Shown here piece after piece: positions 1 to 15,000 of a stretch of 64,000 bases of DNA. Within the stretch, counting starts at the first letter, position 1, and the number at the start of each line of letters is the position of its first letter. The position numbers were made by a program, and so were the translations under genes. The DNA is from Yuukianura sp. NJ FZ-2021 (lineage: Eukaryota), in NCBI GenBank assembly GCA_046563655.1, contig CM102286.1, positions 4,092,001 to 4,156,000 of the forward strand, read 5' to 3'. The notes under the pieces were generated by a model. That model did not search any database. It was given only the letters and a program-made list of their open reading frames with translations, and was not told the DNA's origin.

Positions 1-3000
1 ATTTGTTGTCAAGGCTTATATTAGATTTTGCTTGAGTTGTCGTTGTTCCAGAAGTGCTAAAAAAGTTAATTGTTTGACTTAGGGTTAAGAGTACTAGAAT
101 GTGAGTGGAATGTGATTAAGAACCTGCGGAAAAGCTGAACTCTCGTCGTGTGATGTTCGGAAGTGGTGGCGGTAAAAGTTGATTTAATTTCTGTCCCCAG
201 TGACTCCTAGTTCGTTTGTGTTGAGTGAATTAAATGACTCTGTTCCAATGGGTTAGCTGCTGGGGAAGAAGTTTAGGTTAGGTTACGACGTAGGAAGATG
301 CTCACTTTGATCTTGGAGAGTGTTTTGCAGAGAAGAGAAGGGGGATTTGAAGTGGAGTCGGAAGTCCAAGTTTTTTTAGATGTGATGAAGGGAGACTACA
401 ACTTTCCCCAGTAAAAGCTCGGAGCTACAACACTACAACTCCTCAGTAAAAGGCTGTCCCCAAGTCCTTCCTTACAAGGTTAGACTTTGTGTAGAACTAG
501 GGAGGATAGCGATGATGATAACATTTTGACGTCGTTTTCCCGCCGCAAGGCAAACATGGAGATGGAACTAACTTGGAGAGGAGAAAGTGGTCCAGGGACG
601 TAAGGAGGCTGGAAGATGAAAGTGGCGGCCCTCTTTTCCTCTGATTTATGTGACAGTGGTCTCCGTAGAAGTTCGTTTCCTCCTTATACTGAATGGATGT
701 CAATTCCTTGGGTAATGCCTAACTTTCATGTGCTTCAACGGAGGGCAGTGAAAGTCCAAATGGTTACGCTTCCTCCAAAAGAAGAGAAACTCCATTAAGT
801 TATGGGAAATCATGACTAAAAGGATTCGTCTCTTTGTAGAATTAGAAGAGCTAGAAGGAAAGCCTTACTTTCTACCTTTCAAAAAGAAAGTCAAGAGAGA
901 AAAAGACAAAGCGGGAAATTTGACAGTAGGAAATTGTTCGTTCCCTCTGGGGACAAGGCTGGTGCTGGAGATGAATCTGCCGCCATAATGGAATCCATGT
1001 CTATTCTCCCATATTTCAAAACACAAAGCCCTTTAAGTCTAAACTTACATTACAATGTCAGTCACCAACGAAAGTTATTACGTAAACTACAACTTTTACT
1101 GGAAATGAGAACAAAGGGAAACAGGAACTGATTTTTGAAAAGAACTTCAAAGTTGTTCAAATAAAGTTCTTCCCATTGTTCGTTGAGATAAACAAGTTTG
1201 AAGTTAATTTCTCAATAGATTGGATTTCCAAAAAAAAAATTAAATAAAATTAAAACTAGATCAAAATTCGTAAGAAAAATTCTTCCACCCAAAATCTATT
1301 TCTGTGCCCCACGCCTAAAGCAAATGCTCCGCGCAAGAGCAGCGTATCTCACATAGGGAAAATTTAGCATTTTCTCAAATACAGAAAAATTACTTTAAGT
1401 TGGCACTTTCGTTGTAATGACACTATTACGAGTCGACGTCTCCGCATCAGACAGAAAGTGAAAGACATTGGGCAATTGAGTGACAGGATTTGTGATTGCA
1501 TTATACTTGGCATCAGATTTTGCGAAAGATTTAATGTTTCAAATTTGTTTAGCCGAGGTTTTCTTTAAAGTATTTCAGTTTAGCCAGATGAAACTTTCTC
1601 GCATGGAAGGAAACGGATGAGCTGGAGAGTGATCTCCCGGTTTTTTTTTTCGGTTTTTTTCGGCTCGAAGGATATGGATGGGAAATGATGTGAAAAACAT
1701 GTTGGTTTCATGTATCTGGAGGATTAAGTCGACCACGTCAGACCAACAAATCCAAAGGCTTTTCCATGGAACATCCAAAATTCTTTCTCCATGGTTCCAG
1801 CGGTGCCTGGTTGTTGTGTAATGGCAGATAGCTCAAGCAGGACTTGTCTATTAGTTGTGAAGATTTTGAGGAAGGATAAGACCAGGCGGGAAGTTTTAAA
1901 AGGAAGAAGGAGAACAGTACTTTGACTCCTTGGCTTTCCTTTCATTTCCAGTTGGCAGCCCAATCTGGAAGGAGTAATTGACTCATTTCCATCCAACTGG
2001 ATGGGAATAGCTTCCAGGAGAAAAAAAGAAGACACACGCTACAAATAAATCGTTTTATTTTTCCAAAAATAAAGTTTCAGCGAGAAAACCAATTGGTTCA
2101 TGGAGAAGATTTTTGATTTTGGCGGAGGAGAGAATTTCTGTGCGTGCCGTTAGGTTTTTTTTTTCTTGCTTTTCCGAAAACGCTTTTCCGAAACTAACTC
2201 AGCTTTTCCATTACGGAATATTAAATTTGCCTCTGGTGCAATTACTGTAGAGATCCTGTCAGTTGAAATCAAATTTTGTAGCGCAGTGCATTTCCCGCTT
2301 GACTGTATTTTATAAGCACCGTTTCTGAATCTTCCCTGCTGAGATTGGAACATGATTCGTTTTAAAGTTTTCCATCCATCAGGGTCTGTTTTTTTTTGGG
2401 AAAGTGATTTTTTGAAAATTTCGATGATTGCTTTTCTAATTTAATGTTCGAATTTCTGTGAACCTCTCTTTGGGCGTTTCCGCTTCTACGCTAACATTTC
2501 CAGGTTTCAACTTTTATTTTTATTGAACTTTTAACACAAATTTGATTTTGAGTTACCGCCCCATTTTTTCTGGGTTTATTGGACTTTTAACTGGTATTTG
2601 ATTTTTAGTGGCAGGAAAAGTTCAAGTTGCATCACTTATGGCGCTACTTTTTGGTATCAGCTTGTGCGCACCCCATGCATCGTTTCCAGGTCTCCTAATT
2701 TTGCAATTCTTTTTCTGAAGTACAGGGCGCCATCCGCTTACACCATACACAAAGTGCTTTCGCGAATAAATTTTCACGCGCGCAAAAAAAAAGAAAGTTT
2801 ATCTCAAATCAAATGAGTCTTATGTTCAATTCAGATGCCAAAAAAGTAGGAAAAGAAGGGAGCCTTCTGCCAAATTTTGAAAAGAGGGGGAAAGGTCATG
2901 CGTGAGGTGAATCAGTGAACTGTTCTCCATCATTTCCATATCTCCTTTTCCCCTTCTAACTTCAACCAACTAAAACTTCTCAGAAACTAACCTAACCGCT

Positions 3001-6000
3001 CCTTTTCTCCGCAACTTTTACTTTTACCACCAGCGGCAGAAAGCAGACGATCAACTTCATAATTTTGAAAATTCCTAGCAGCTAGAAACTAAATTTTGAA
3101 GGCTTACATCTCTCTTTTTTGGAAATGTCTTCGACCTAAGCCGTATTATGCCTTCAGGTTCCCGGAAAATCAGCATGACTAAAGCTCTCTAATGCTCTAA
3201 TGCTCCTAAAGGCTTATTCCTGCCAAGAATGAATGGAAATCTATTTCCTTAACCGCATTGCTGCAGCTACCAGAATTTCAGAATTTTGAGCGAGGGAAAG
3301 CAGTAAGGCAGGGGAAGCTTGAAACGGATGGCAGAAGCTACGGGAAAAAGATTTTTGAAACATGATTTAGTGCATGTAAGTCATTTTCTTTGAGGATTCT
3401 ATTTTCATTGAAAAGATTTTTGCTTTCAAATGAGTAAGGTTGGAGCTACTGAGTTTCCACTTGACTTTTCCCAATTCTTTTTCATTTCTGTTATTGATTT
3501 TGGACGACTCTGTACTATTTCATTCTTCAGAGAGAGGAAGAGAGGGGAGCCAAGGCGGGGAGAGAAAGTGAGTGGATAAGACTTTATTGATTCTGCTATC
3601 CAAGTTAGCTTGTCTTCTTTCTGAAGAAAAAAATCCTAGGGCATTTCAATTTCTTAAGATGAACTCTAGTCGTAAGAAAAATGTTCCCAATGGATTTCAT
3701 TCTGTCATTTCAGTACGTTTCATTTGAGTACTTGGGGGTAATTTGGTTCAAAATGATCATTTTCTTCTGAAAGTGCAAGGCTCTAAGGTTCCTAGGGACC
3801 TGAAGTGAATCTTTGACCTTTCATGACCTTTGAAAACACTTTAGGTAGAGTACCTAATATAGTAGCTCGCATTTCAATTCAATGCATAACGATTACTCGA
3901 GGCGTAAAATTTCAAATTCTCAAATTTAGTTTCTGAACATAAAATTTTGTCTACGAATTTCAATTTTTTATGTAAGTACTATATCAAATTCAAGAAGAAA
4001 GTGAAAGCATATTTGGAGAGTAAACGTTCCAATACTGCAATTGTATGAACAAAGAGCTGTTGCCAAGCTCAGGAAATATTTTAATCTCGACTTACCCCAG
4101 TTTTCATTGACTTTAAAATTTGACTCCATTTTGTGTGTGAACTTCTCGACCTGTGAACAAGCAGCACTTTCTACTCCTTTCCTCTTTTGCAAAATCTTTT
4201 GCCATTTCTAAATTCCTGTTTCAGAGATTCCATCTATTGTTGGATCCGTTTTTCGTTTGTCGTTCCTGAATGTTAAGTGGAGTGGAATGGGTTGTCAGGG
4301 GCTTAAGACTCTGTTGGAACCTTCATCAGACTCACAGTGAAAGTCTTCGTCAGAGCCAGAGAAAGTGGTTCATTGGGATGTATTCAGAAGGGCCATCAAG
4401 TTAGTAATTAGCATAAGAGAGGCTCAGCGAAAAAGCTTACCTCCCCTCGTTCCGCTCTTCCGACTAAAAGAGAAGTGACGGAATTGAATGAACAGAGGAG
4501 AGGCGAAAGCACGGAATTGAAATATTCCAACGCCTTTCCCCGGAAAACCTCCAATTCACAGTTTTCTTTCCAAATCTTTTCTTTCTGTACACTAAGAACT
4601 GACTTCTGCAGAAAATCCTTAGGATTTCTTTAGGCGCCTTTTCTGTACGCCAATACCTCGTGTAAACATGGAGAAAGTGGAAGCTTTTGTTGTGATTGCT
4701 CTTTTCAAGATTTTCGTTGGTGGTGACATGGCGTATGCAAATAACGCTCCGCCTTCACAATTCTAGTTCAAATTTACAAAATCCGGGAATTCAGGTTTAA
4801 AATATTTTCTCTGGAAAGATGTTTTGTGCAACCTCAAAAAATGGAAGAACGCAGTGAGCAGATAAGAAGATAGAACGAAAATGCTGTTTTCTCACTTCTT
4901 GTTGACTGATTTTTTGAAAAATGACTTTTCCCCTACGCATGAACAGGTTCATCCTTGACTCTGTTGAAGGTTCAGCATCAAAGGTATTACTCTTTTCCTG
5001 TAACTAATTACGTTTCCACGCTTTGGAACATTTCCAGTTTTTCCTACTTCCAGTTCTGACATTTCCAAGAAAAAATAATTTTTTGAAAACTTGAACTGAT
5101 GATTTTACACCAAAAAAGGCTCGTTTTAAACAAAAAATAGAACCGTAAAACATTTTTGAAAAAGTTTAAAAAAAAGAAGTACGAAACTGAAAATTTCAAA
5201 ACCCAACCTCTAATCAGTTTCTGCTGACAAAGCATAACGCTTCTGTTCAAACAAAATCCATGTTCACGCATGAACTAATCCAATCCATCTTCATACCGAA
5301 AATTAACAACCGTTAATACTTTTTAAGTAATTGAGATACTACAAAACTAGGTTAAACATGGATTATTCCAGTCTACTTCATTTTATCTTACGTTTTTATT
5401 CCAGTTAGGTCAGATTAGGTTCAAGCTAAGGGTTGTAAAAAGTTCTGTCTCAAATGCACAATTCAACAACCTGGCACCCTCTCAAGTTTTTTTGCAAAGA
5501 GTTAATTACAAGGAACAAGTAAGTTTCGTAATCTCAAAAATCTAAGAGTTCCTTTTTTATGTTGTTTCGTAATTAAGTGCGGGACTTGGAACAGCCTTGT
5601 ATGGAGGATCCTCAGAGATCATTAGTCCATCTCAACGCTAAAAGTATAGTTACTTCCTCTGGAGCTTTTCTTCGATGAGGTTCATCAGGCAGCCCAAAGT
5701 TGTACTGAAACACTGGAAAACAGGGACCTCCAAATGACTTTAAATGTCAATTTAATGAAAGAGCATCATTAAGGCCCCACGAATCACCTCACCCAAACTT
5801 CAATCTTCGACACAAAAGTGGCAGGGAATGTCTTGTACACACTCTAGAGGCAAACGGGTTGCTTGCTGTTCTAAAACTAACGATCTCATCGTTTTACATT
5901 TTTATCTCATTGTATCTTCCAAATGATCTTAGTGTAACATCTTGTCATCTGTTCAGACGCCTTCGCTTTTCTACTGAAACAAAAATAATGCTAGGATATG

Positions 6001-9000
6001 TGAATGGTTTTTGAAATGAATTCTTCTGAAGTTTTTTAAAATTCCACGTGCTAGAGTCAGAATTTCTTTTTTTCTATGATTTGATGATGAGAGTGGGATG
6101 GAAAGCGTGTGCCTTTGACGGTTTTCCTTGTCAAAGCAAAGAGAAAATCAAAAGTCTTATATAAATGTAAAAATCTCAAATTTTTGTTTCGTTTGTGGAA
6201 ATGGGATTAAAAGTTGACGGTGGTGCCGGTAGTTGTGTAGAAAAAGAAAGCGTGGGAGGAAAAAACGAAACAGGAAAAAAATAAATGGATTTTCACATCG
6301 TTATTTTTATTTTGTTCAGGAGACATAAAAAATGCGCTAGACATAGTCACGTCATAAAAATACTTTTGTCACATTCAGTTTGTATGGAACTACTCACCAC
6401 TTCAAGTTTTCCAAAAATCGATCAAACTAGAAATCAATATTGTTAAAAAGTTGTTAAACCTTAACAGTACCCTTAGAGCTAATCCGAAATAAATTGCAAC
6501 TAGCGGGAAAGATTAGGTTTTGTGTGAAGACTTTCTGTCAATACTTGAACTTTTGCAATAACACATAAACCTCCTCTGCTACTTGTGCTACTTATGACTT
6601 ATTAATTGCCGATTTAAATTGTTCTCTTCAAAATAATCGACATGAAAGCTCTTGGCTCTTAGAAACTAACCAGAGAAATAAACCTAACCGAACGTAGGTT
6701 TCTAGTGGTAGCATAAACAGTAAGCTGGCTTACTATTTCCCGGAGAAAGTCAATTTTTGGTGGATGATGGGTGGTGGTGGTAGTGTGGGTTCAAAAGCCT
6801 TTTGAAATGATTAATTTGGAGAGCAGGAAATCTTGTGAATTAAAATCCAAATGTAATGAAATTTTGGAAAACCCTATGAACAAGGCGGAACTATTTTGCT
6901 TACGTTAGTCAGAAATTGTGTGTCTAGGTTGGTGAAATCTAGTGAAAGCAGGAAAGCAAAGACCGGGGCTACTCTGGTTGCTTTACCAACGTTGCTGGAA
7001 CCTGAAGTGATGTCCAGAACTTTTAGAATGAACAAGAAGCATATAAGAATTGTGTAGTGAAAAGCAAGTCCTTCCGCTTAGATTTTGAAAAGGAACGAAA
7101 ATGAGAAGGTCTTCAAAAGAATCCATATGAATCATTCATTAGCCCATATTCTTTTGCTCTCTTTTTCTTTTTGCTCTGATTTTCCAAGCACCTAAATTTG
7201 AAACCATGTCAGCCAAAAGCAACGAGCAGGGATTATAAAAAACTCACAAGGAATAGTTACTCCCTGCGAATTTTTTTTCCGTAGGAATAGTTACTCCAGC
7301 CTCTAACTAGAACTTTTTTCTCCTTTCTCTTTTGGTTTTTTTTAGAATTGAGCAAAATCAGGCCCTCCAACCTTTCTCCTTTAATGAACTCATCTTCGGG
7401 GATTAGAAGTCTTAAGTCCCTCTCGGCTTTAGTGAAGGAGAAAGTAGGTGAAGCCCTTGTAATCCCCGCTGCTCTTTTCTTTTCAAAGGCTACGCAGGAT
7501 TTAGAACAGTATAACATATCAAATTTCAGAAAAAAAAAGTTCCTAAAAAAAGAGAAGAGGCTGCATATGCACCTCCCCGCAAACAGGAAATTGTTGAACA
7601 TCATAATAAAACAGAGAAGTAACATAGTAAATGGGACACTCGTGAGTGGTGAAGCATAAATCCGTCTCAACTTGAGTTAAGGTGAGGTGAGTAGAATTGT
7701 AATTTATGTTCTTCCAGTTTATGGCTCTTGTTTTATAGCAGATTCAGGCATGGAGGTGAAAGTGACTGCGGAGATACAGAACCAGACCGGAGAAAACAGG
7801 AACTTTCGGTTTTTGGATATGTTTATTTACATCTTGTTTCCGTGCGGCCATTCAACCTATTCAGTTTGTGCTGAGCCGAGAAGGCGGGTGGGTTGTAAAG
7901 TTCCATAAATAAATAACGAGAGGATTAGGTTTCTATTGGAATAATTTAGGGGGCGGTGACTGTTGGCGTAGCAAAAGTTAACCAGGAACAGTGGTTAGCC
8001 GTTGGCCACAGCACGAAACGACGGCAAAAGTCATGAAACGCCTTTCGGCGGCGTATAAACTATAATGGCTCGAAATCTTTCAACTTTCACTTCCAGCCTG
8101 GTCCGAAACGGCTTTCCGTTTCTGCCAATGGCCTTTTCACCTCATCTTTCATCTTTTTTTCTTCTTCCAAAAGATGAAGCTTTGCCCTACTTCAAATGGA
8201 AAGGAAAATCTTTACTTTTTCCTCTTCATTGATTGGAATCTGGATTCCCGAAATTCGGATTTTGGCTTTTCAGAAAACCAGAAAAAGTCTACACAATACG
8301 GCTAAACTCTACGAAATTCTATTTACGGTTGACCTAAAATATTAAGTAATTAAATGAAAAAATGTTCCCTTAAGCGCAAAAGTGTGTCATTTTGCTCGAA
8401 AAAGTTTCAAGTGAAGTTGATGGATGAGGTTTGGATTGCTGGAAAAGTGGCTATAAGTACGGAAACAACTTGAAGTTGAAAGTGGTCCTCGTTCAAGTAT
8501 ATGTTTTGAAGTGGTTATAGGAAGAAGGAAATTAGTAAACTGGATACAAGTAGCATAAGAAAAATAAATACTTGGCTTGCTTAGCTTCAAATTGATAAAA
8601 TTTAGATTGAAATCTGAAACTTGATATTAAACAACTCAAAGATAACTTTATTAGCAAACGCTTGAAGAGCAGGTCTTTGCTGTTTAGTTTGTGTCACTTC
8701 AGTCTCCACCACAAAAGCTCAAATGTCATTTCCAATTGTTTCAGTGTATTTGATGTAGCGTAAAAGTTGGCGGGAGTCTCTTGGAAGTGGACACTTGGGA
8801 CCCCGTGAACCTCTTGCTTCTTCTGATCTTGAGTGGAAGGTATTGGATTATCAGTGGCGGTGAGAAAGTTGAAGGGAATTGGTAGCATTTTGGTAGCGAA
8901 ATCCAGGAATTTGAAGGAAAGTGGAGAGTTAGCCAAGGAGAAAAGCTGGGAAAGAAATCGATGAAGGCGAACCTAACGTAGAGATCTGAGTCAGTAGTAC

Positions 9001-12000
9001 GGTAGAGGAGGCATTTTGCTTTCCATTTCCAGTAGACAGAGAAGTTTCCCCAATCCCAATAACTCTCTGGGAAAGGAGACTTTAGGACGCGAAGAGCTGC
9101 CGCCGCCACGGTGGGGAAACTCATCTGACCCACATAATCCCACACGCCCCACCACTCGGCGCCCTTGGACATCCACCACGATTCTTTGGGTTCCAGGGCC
9201 TAACCTAGGAGCTCTGCATGGGGAAAGGCCTGTCTTTGGAGAGCTTTTGCCAGGCCGACTCGTGGGAGACTTTGAAGCTCAAGTTTTATCACCCCCGTCG
9301 TAACAAGCAGGGTTCTGTTTTTGTTAGGATACTGTGCAAGTATAAGGCAGTACTAAAGAAACTCCTTGAAAATGGAAACGTTGATTGTAAAATTGAGGGA
9401 GATTGCTTTATGACGTGTGTAATGGAACACCTTTCCCGGTTTCCTCTCTTTTTTCGGTTTTTTGGAGATCCAGAAACTAAATCTACTCCCTGCGGGTACA
9501 CATTTGAGAGAGTCTAAACGGGTTCCCTGTTCAAGTTAGTTGGGATAACAATAGGAAAACTAGCTCTCCAGATTCCAGAAACCTAATACTTACTGTTAGG
9601 ATACTAAATCCAAGCTGAAAATGACGTTGGCAAACACAAACAAGAAGAAAAAAGAAAGGAAATGATTCTGTAACGAAAATTATTGTGATGAAAAAATTCA
9701 GTTCAGTAGAAACAAAATCAGTTGATCAAAGCACTGTGATAATAAAGCAAAAAATTGAAAGTTGTGATTACTCTGTGAATTAAAATAACGCGACGTAACT
9801 AACTAACAAACGTAACATTTTTTCCTAACAAAACTACTTCTTAACACTTTCCCCAAAAAATATGTTTTCTTTAGATAAGCACCTTCGTTAACACATCAAA
9901 AGATTTGCAAGGCTTTAATGAATTCCGTTGAAATCTGCGCTAAATCTGGATTTTTATTGCGTAATTGCGATAAGCGATAATCTTAACAAGGTTCGTAGAA
10001 GATACGCACACGAAAACGTACATAATCCAACATTCTTTATTTTCAAAAATCGAAGCCATACCAATAGCTACATAAACGATGAATGAAAATCGTAACTTCA
10101 AAAGAACTTGTCCAGTTGCTAAGGAGCCGTTTATTCCAACTTTGCTACAAGATTTGAAAAGGTGGCGGCATTTTTGAATTGAGTTTGCAAAAAAAATCGG
10201 GGACTAAGGAAATCATCCGAGGACTTTCACCGGAACCACTGCTTATCGGCTTTCGCTTTTCACTTTCCAATTTTCCTCCAATTTCAAGCAGGCACTGGAA
10301 GTTTGGAGGAGTAACTTCTCTGGAAGGAATCATTTCTACTGCAAAAAAAAAAACTGGTCATAGGTCTGACTCTATTTTTTCTATATGCCTGATGGCCATT
10401 TGCCATAAAGTTAGAGTGGTACGGAAACGTTAGTCCTTATCTTGCCATACACCCTCAACTGTCACCTCTGCTTTCTCCTTTCTTCACCTCTTTCTGGACA
10501 ATGAAAAGAAAGCGGCAAGGCGACAGCTTGGATCTCACTTTCAGTGACAGTTCAGACAGAGGCTACATTCCGTTCTCTAGATCCATAGGTTTGCTACAAA
10601 TGCTTTGCCAAGAACTGGCCTTCCAGTAAGGTCAAAATGAGAGACTTTCACTCCATTTTCTTATTATTAGGAAAGTCCCGTTCGCTCCTTCACCGGTAGG
10701 AACATTTGAAACGACGTGGAGAAAAGCAATTGTTCAAATTCAGTAGGGATAAGGACCGCTGAGGTCGTTTTTCCTTCATAATTTCAGGTCTTTCTCTTTT
10801 GCGAAAATGGGCTTCAATAGGGGAATTATTTGCAGGACCCAAGAACTACTTTTGAAAACCAATGGAGAAAGTATAATGGACCTTCATCCACTGCTGCTAC
10901 TGATGCTGATCCTGCTGGCTGGTTTTCTTGGGATTGGCTTGGAGCCAACTGAACACTGGCTGCCCACTCGCTCATCATAAATAATTTGGTGGCTCAGTGG
11001 CCACTGGGGAAGTAGAACTGCGGTGAAAGTCCAGTCTCCTGAACCACCGGAAAAGCCTTTTATACTTGCGGTTTAGTTGGGAACTACTCTGATGAATGCT
11101 ATTGTTACAGAAGTCCAATCATTTAGTTTCATATATACTTTTTTGTATATTTTGTGGATTAGGTATATTAACCTAAACAGAAATTGTGAAGTTACAGCTA
11201 GTAGCAGTCATGATTCTGGTGAGATTTAACTTCCAAATTTTGTAGTTTCCTTCTTGTTAATTTATTCTAGCAGAAGGTTGGGATTCAATTAGAAGATTTT
11301 TGTGAAGCGGAAGAAAGTGTATGGGATTAGCTGCCTAAGCCCCTACTTTCTCTCTACTTTCAAAAGTTCCAAATTTAGAATCCAATGGAACGAATTTAAA
11401 AATAAGTTTGAAGAAAAACAAAGTACTTCACTCTCCGTGTTCGCTCTGATTGCAATGAACAGAAAACTGAATTTAGAGGCTAAAGTTTACAAAAGTTATA
11501 CAGTTCTTCGTGAACAAACTTTTTTTTTAAACTGAAGAAAAGAAAAGAAAGTTTTCTTCAAAATTTCGATTTCGTTACTTATTACTAACTAAAGAAACTA
11601 GTTCCAGTTTTTAGTAAGGGAAAGTTTCGACTCAAATTGCTTATGGCATTGTAAATAATTTATTGAAACGCCGACGACGCAGTTCGCGTTTCATATGACT
11701 CAATTACCACTCAAGTTTTAACTTTAATTTGAATGTTTGAAATTGGGATTAATTACAGTCGTCTTCTAAATTTTAATACAAATTACATCGTCTAAAAAGT
11801 AATAACAGCTTCTTTAAATGAATTAAAACCTACTCACTACAATTTCATTTTAATTTCCTTTTAGTCCACTGCTTCCCCTGCGAGAAACGAACCCGCGGCC
11901 ACTCGTGGAACTTTAACTAAAAGGGCAACGTGTTTCGTTGTTTATGACTCAGATATAAATTTTCACACTTTTCATCACGCCTGAAGCCCTAGTAACTTCA

Positions 12001-15000
12001 AGTCACACCAAAATTCACTTCGCGTGAAATTGGTAATTAAAGTACTTTGTTGCCTACCTGAGGGCTCCTTGACCGTCATAAGGCCAAGTTCTGTTTCTCG
12101 TTTTTGGTTCTCTCACAGTCATAGCGTTTTTGAGTTTCCATAACTGCTTGGAATTGGTTAATTAAAAAGTTCCCGCCCCAGCATTTTCCCTTTTGTCAGT
12201 TTTAGATGCAATTTTCCTAGCGAAAACGAGAAAGTTGCCGCACACGCTCCCCGCCTTCTCATTTGTAGATGACTTTTAAAGTCTCTTTTTGCTTTTACAG
12301 AAAATTGGGGCGCGTGGGAACTAGTGAAAATACAAACTTGAAGTGAATTATATTTTGCGGTTTGTTTGCCACTTTCGAACAAGTCCAACTGCAGAACTAT
12401 CGTTAAAGTCCAAGGACTAAACTGGGCATCGACTTCAAATAGAAAGTCAGTCCTTCGTTTCTAGTTTTGTTCAGAACCCTTAAGGCCTTTGGCTCAATAG
12501 TTTGCAAAGTAGGCCAACGAACGAAACGGCCCTCTGACCGTTTTCGACAAAGACTTTCTATACTGGCGGGAAAAAGTGATTCAGAGACACAGAAAACTGG
12601 AATTTGGCCTCTCGGCATTCCCGTACTTGTTCACGTCAGTCCAAATTGTGAAGGAGGGCAAGTCAAGTGTCTCCCAGCTTCAGAAAAAGCCTTCGTGGAG
12701 GCTTGGAAAATTTTGTTCCATTTGACTGAGTGAAAGTCTCTTTGGAATCCGAACACGTTTCCTTTGGACTGAAAGGAAAGTTTGAACAAAAGTCGTACGC
12801 ACTATGCCATAAACTATGCTTGGAGAAGCTAAGGTTAGGTTAGGACCCATTCCTAGCCTAGGCCTCCAAGAATAATATTAAGATAGACTAGGATTATTGG
12901 ACGAAGAGAAATCAGCCCACTTTCTCCTGTCAGTCTTCCCCTGTCTTTATGGAAATTCACTTGTCCTCTTTTCTTCCCGCTTTTCTCTGTCTAATCTATC
13001 ATAGCCAAATGAGAGAGTTACCCGGGAAAAGTGACATGTGGATTTTAGTGGAAAAGGGGATGAAAAGCCGCAATATTTCAAATGTAAGTTACGACTGTTA
13101 TGAGATCGGGTAGAGGAGAAAGTTGGATGAGAGTCGATCGACATGTCTCAGAGATGAAATATTCTCCACAGTTGTAAATAGAGTAGGAGACTGGTAGTAG
13201 CGAAAGAGAAAATGGCGGGTATTTTCGGTTCGTTTCGCCAAAAGATTATTAAAGTAGGTTCTACTATAAGTCTGAGAACGTTAGGGCATGGTAGCGTTAT
13301 TATTTGAGAGAATAAATCAGAGAAAACAAATTAAGGCGCGGGTTGTCACCTGCGGTCCGCAACTCTGCTCCCGCCCGCGCCTTCTCAATTCCAGGTTTTT
13401 GGGGCAATCAAGTTTGTTGAAACCTCGAGGACTCAGAAAACTGGGTTCCTTGTAGAAAACTTTCAACTTTCCCGGGTACTTTCCCCGGTACTTTGCTCAG
13501 GGTTAGAAAACTAAAAATCTTGAGAGAAGGAACTTTTACTTTTGGTTCGACTAGAACAGAAAGTAAAAGACTTTAGCCTCTGCCTCTTGGACAACTTTGT
13601 TCTGGAAGGAATTCCAACATTCGTACCCGCCGCCGCGGCCGTAAGTATTTGTGAGGGAAGATAAGACTTGTCAAAGTCTCGGGCCAAAAGATTAAGGGGC
13701 CGAGGCCAGGAACATGTGCCCATGGAGACACTTGCCAAAGGAAGAAAACGAACCGCCGGAAGTTTATGACCCCTCTCACTTTCATTATGCTCCAGGAACA
13801 CTATGGAAAATGACCTTTGGAGGGAAGGGAGAAGGCGTGACCTCGCCAACACATATCGAAACAACTTCTCGTGTACTGCCAACTACTTTTTATACTTTTG
13901 TTCGATTTTATAGGAACATAAAAAGAGGAGTAGATTTCTATGATCGTAGTAAAAACCAACTTTATTTATTCTATCGGCTACTTTACGGCCCAACGACTAT
14001 GCAAAAACTTCATCCCATCAAAACTGTCTTTATATCTTTTCTCTTTTTTCGTTTTGCCATTCCAAGCTGATCTTTAAATCTTAAAAAATGGGTTAAGAGC
14101 TATCAACTTTTGCCAACTTTCAATCGTTTCAGATCAAAACGCATTCGTTTTTTTATAACTTGAATTTAACTTCAAACGGAAACTAAAACGTTGCAATTAA
14201 CTGTAATGTTGCTTTAATTTAATGAAATGCTAATTGAAATGTAAGGGAAAAGTGGTACAGGATAAAAGGAAAAGACTTTTTGGCAACGGAAATAATTTTG
14301 TTATTCCTTCCAGTTTTGTACGAGAGAAAGTTGAATTTCCCGCCAAGCCGCTTGACAGCCTCATCTTATAGAATTAATCAGACAAAGAAATGAAATTAGA
14401 GGGCGCTGTTTAGCAGGCGTTTTCCTTTGCTTTGGCTCTTGTTAGACTCCTACGGTATAATAAGCCTGTGTTGAGAAAAGAAAGACAAGATGAAAGTCAG
14501 AGAAAATAGAAGAGAGAAAGGCTTTTCCCTTTAGTCTGACAGTCTGGAAATTTTCATTAAGACAATTCAGACTCCAGTGGCAGCCTTGCTGCAACTTTCT
14601 CACCATGAATGAATAGTTTCTGCAAATATCTTCCAAGGGGAACATCATCATCACTCCATTCCCGCCCTTTTCTTTCAGAATAAACTTAAAATGCATTTTC
14701 AAATGTGACTAGGAGCCGAAAAGTTTATAAGCCGTGAAGGTCATTTCCATTTTCATACTTTTTCAAAGAAAGTTTAAATTTTATGCTGCATTGTTTATGA
14801 GTATACAACCCTGAAGAGAGAAAAAATTAAAATTGTTGTAGCACTAAAACTATTATACACTTTCAACACACAAAATAAAAGTTGCATTTTGTTACACAGT
14901 CAGGTTTTTAATGATTTTGTTTTTAAATTTTGGTTACGCGAGTACGAAGAGAAAATTATTTGAGCAAGCGTTGCACAGAAACAACAAAAAAATGTGATGA

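Noticed and set aside
7249..7297. 15-bp direct repeat AGGAATAGTTACTCC (two copies)
   Set aside because: Only two units in a eukaryotic context; not a CRISPR array, probably a micro-duplication.
8694..9517. Cluster of overlapping ORFs in a slightly GC-richer patch
   Set aside because: No recognisable domain and no consistent splice chain on either strand.
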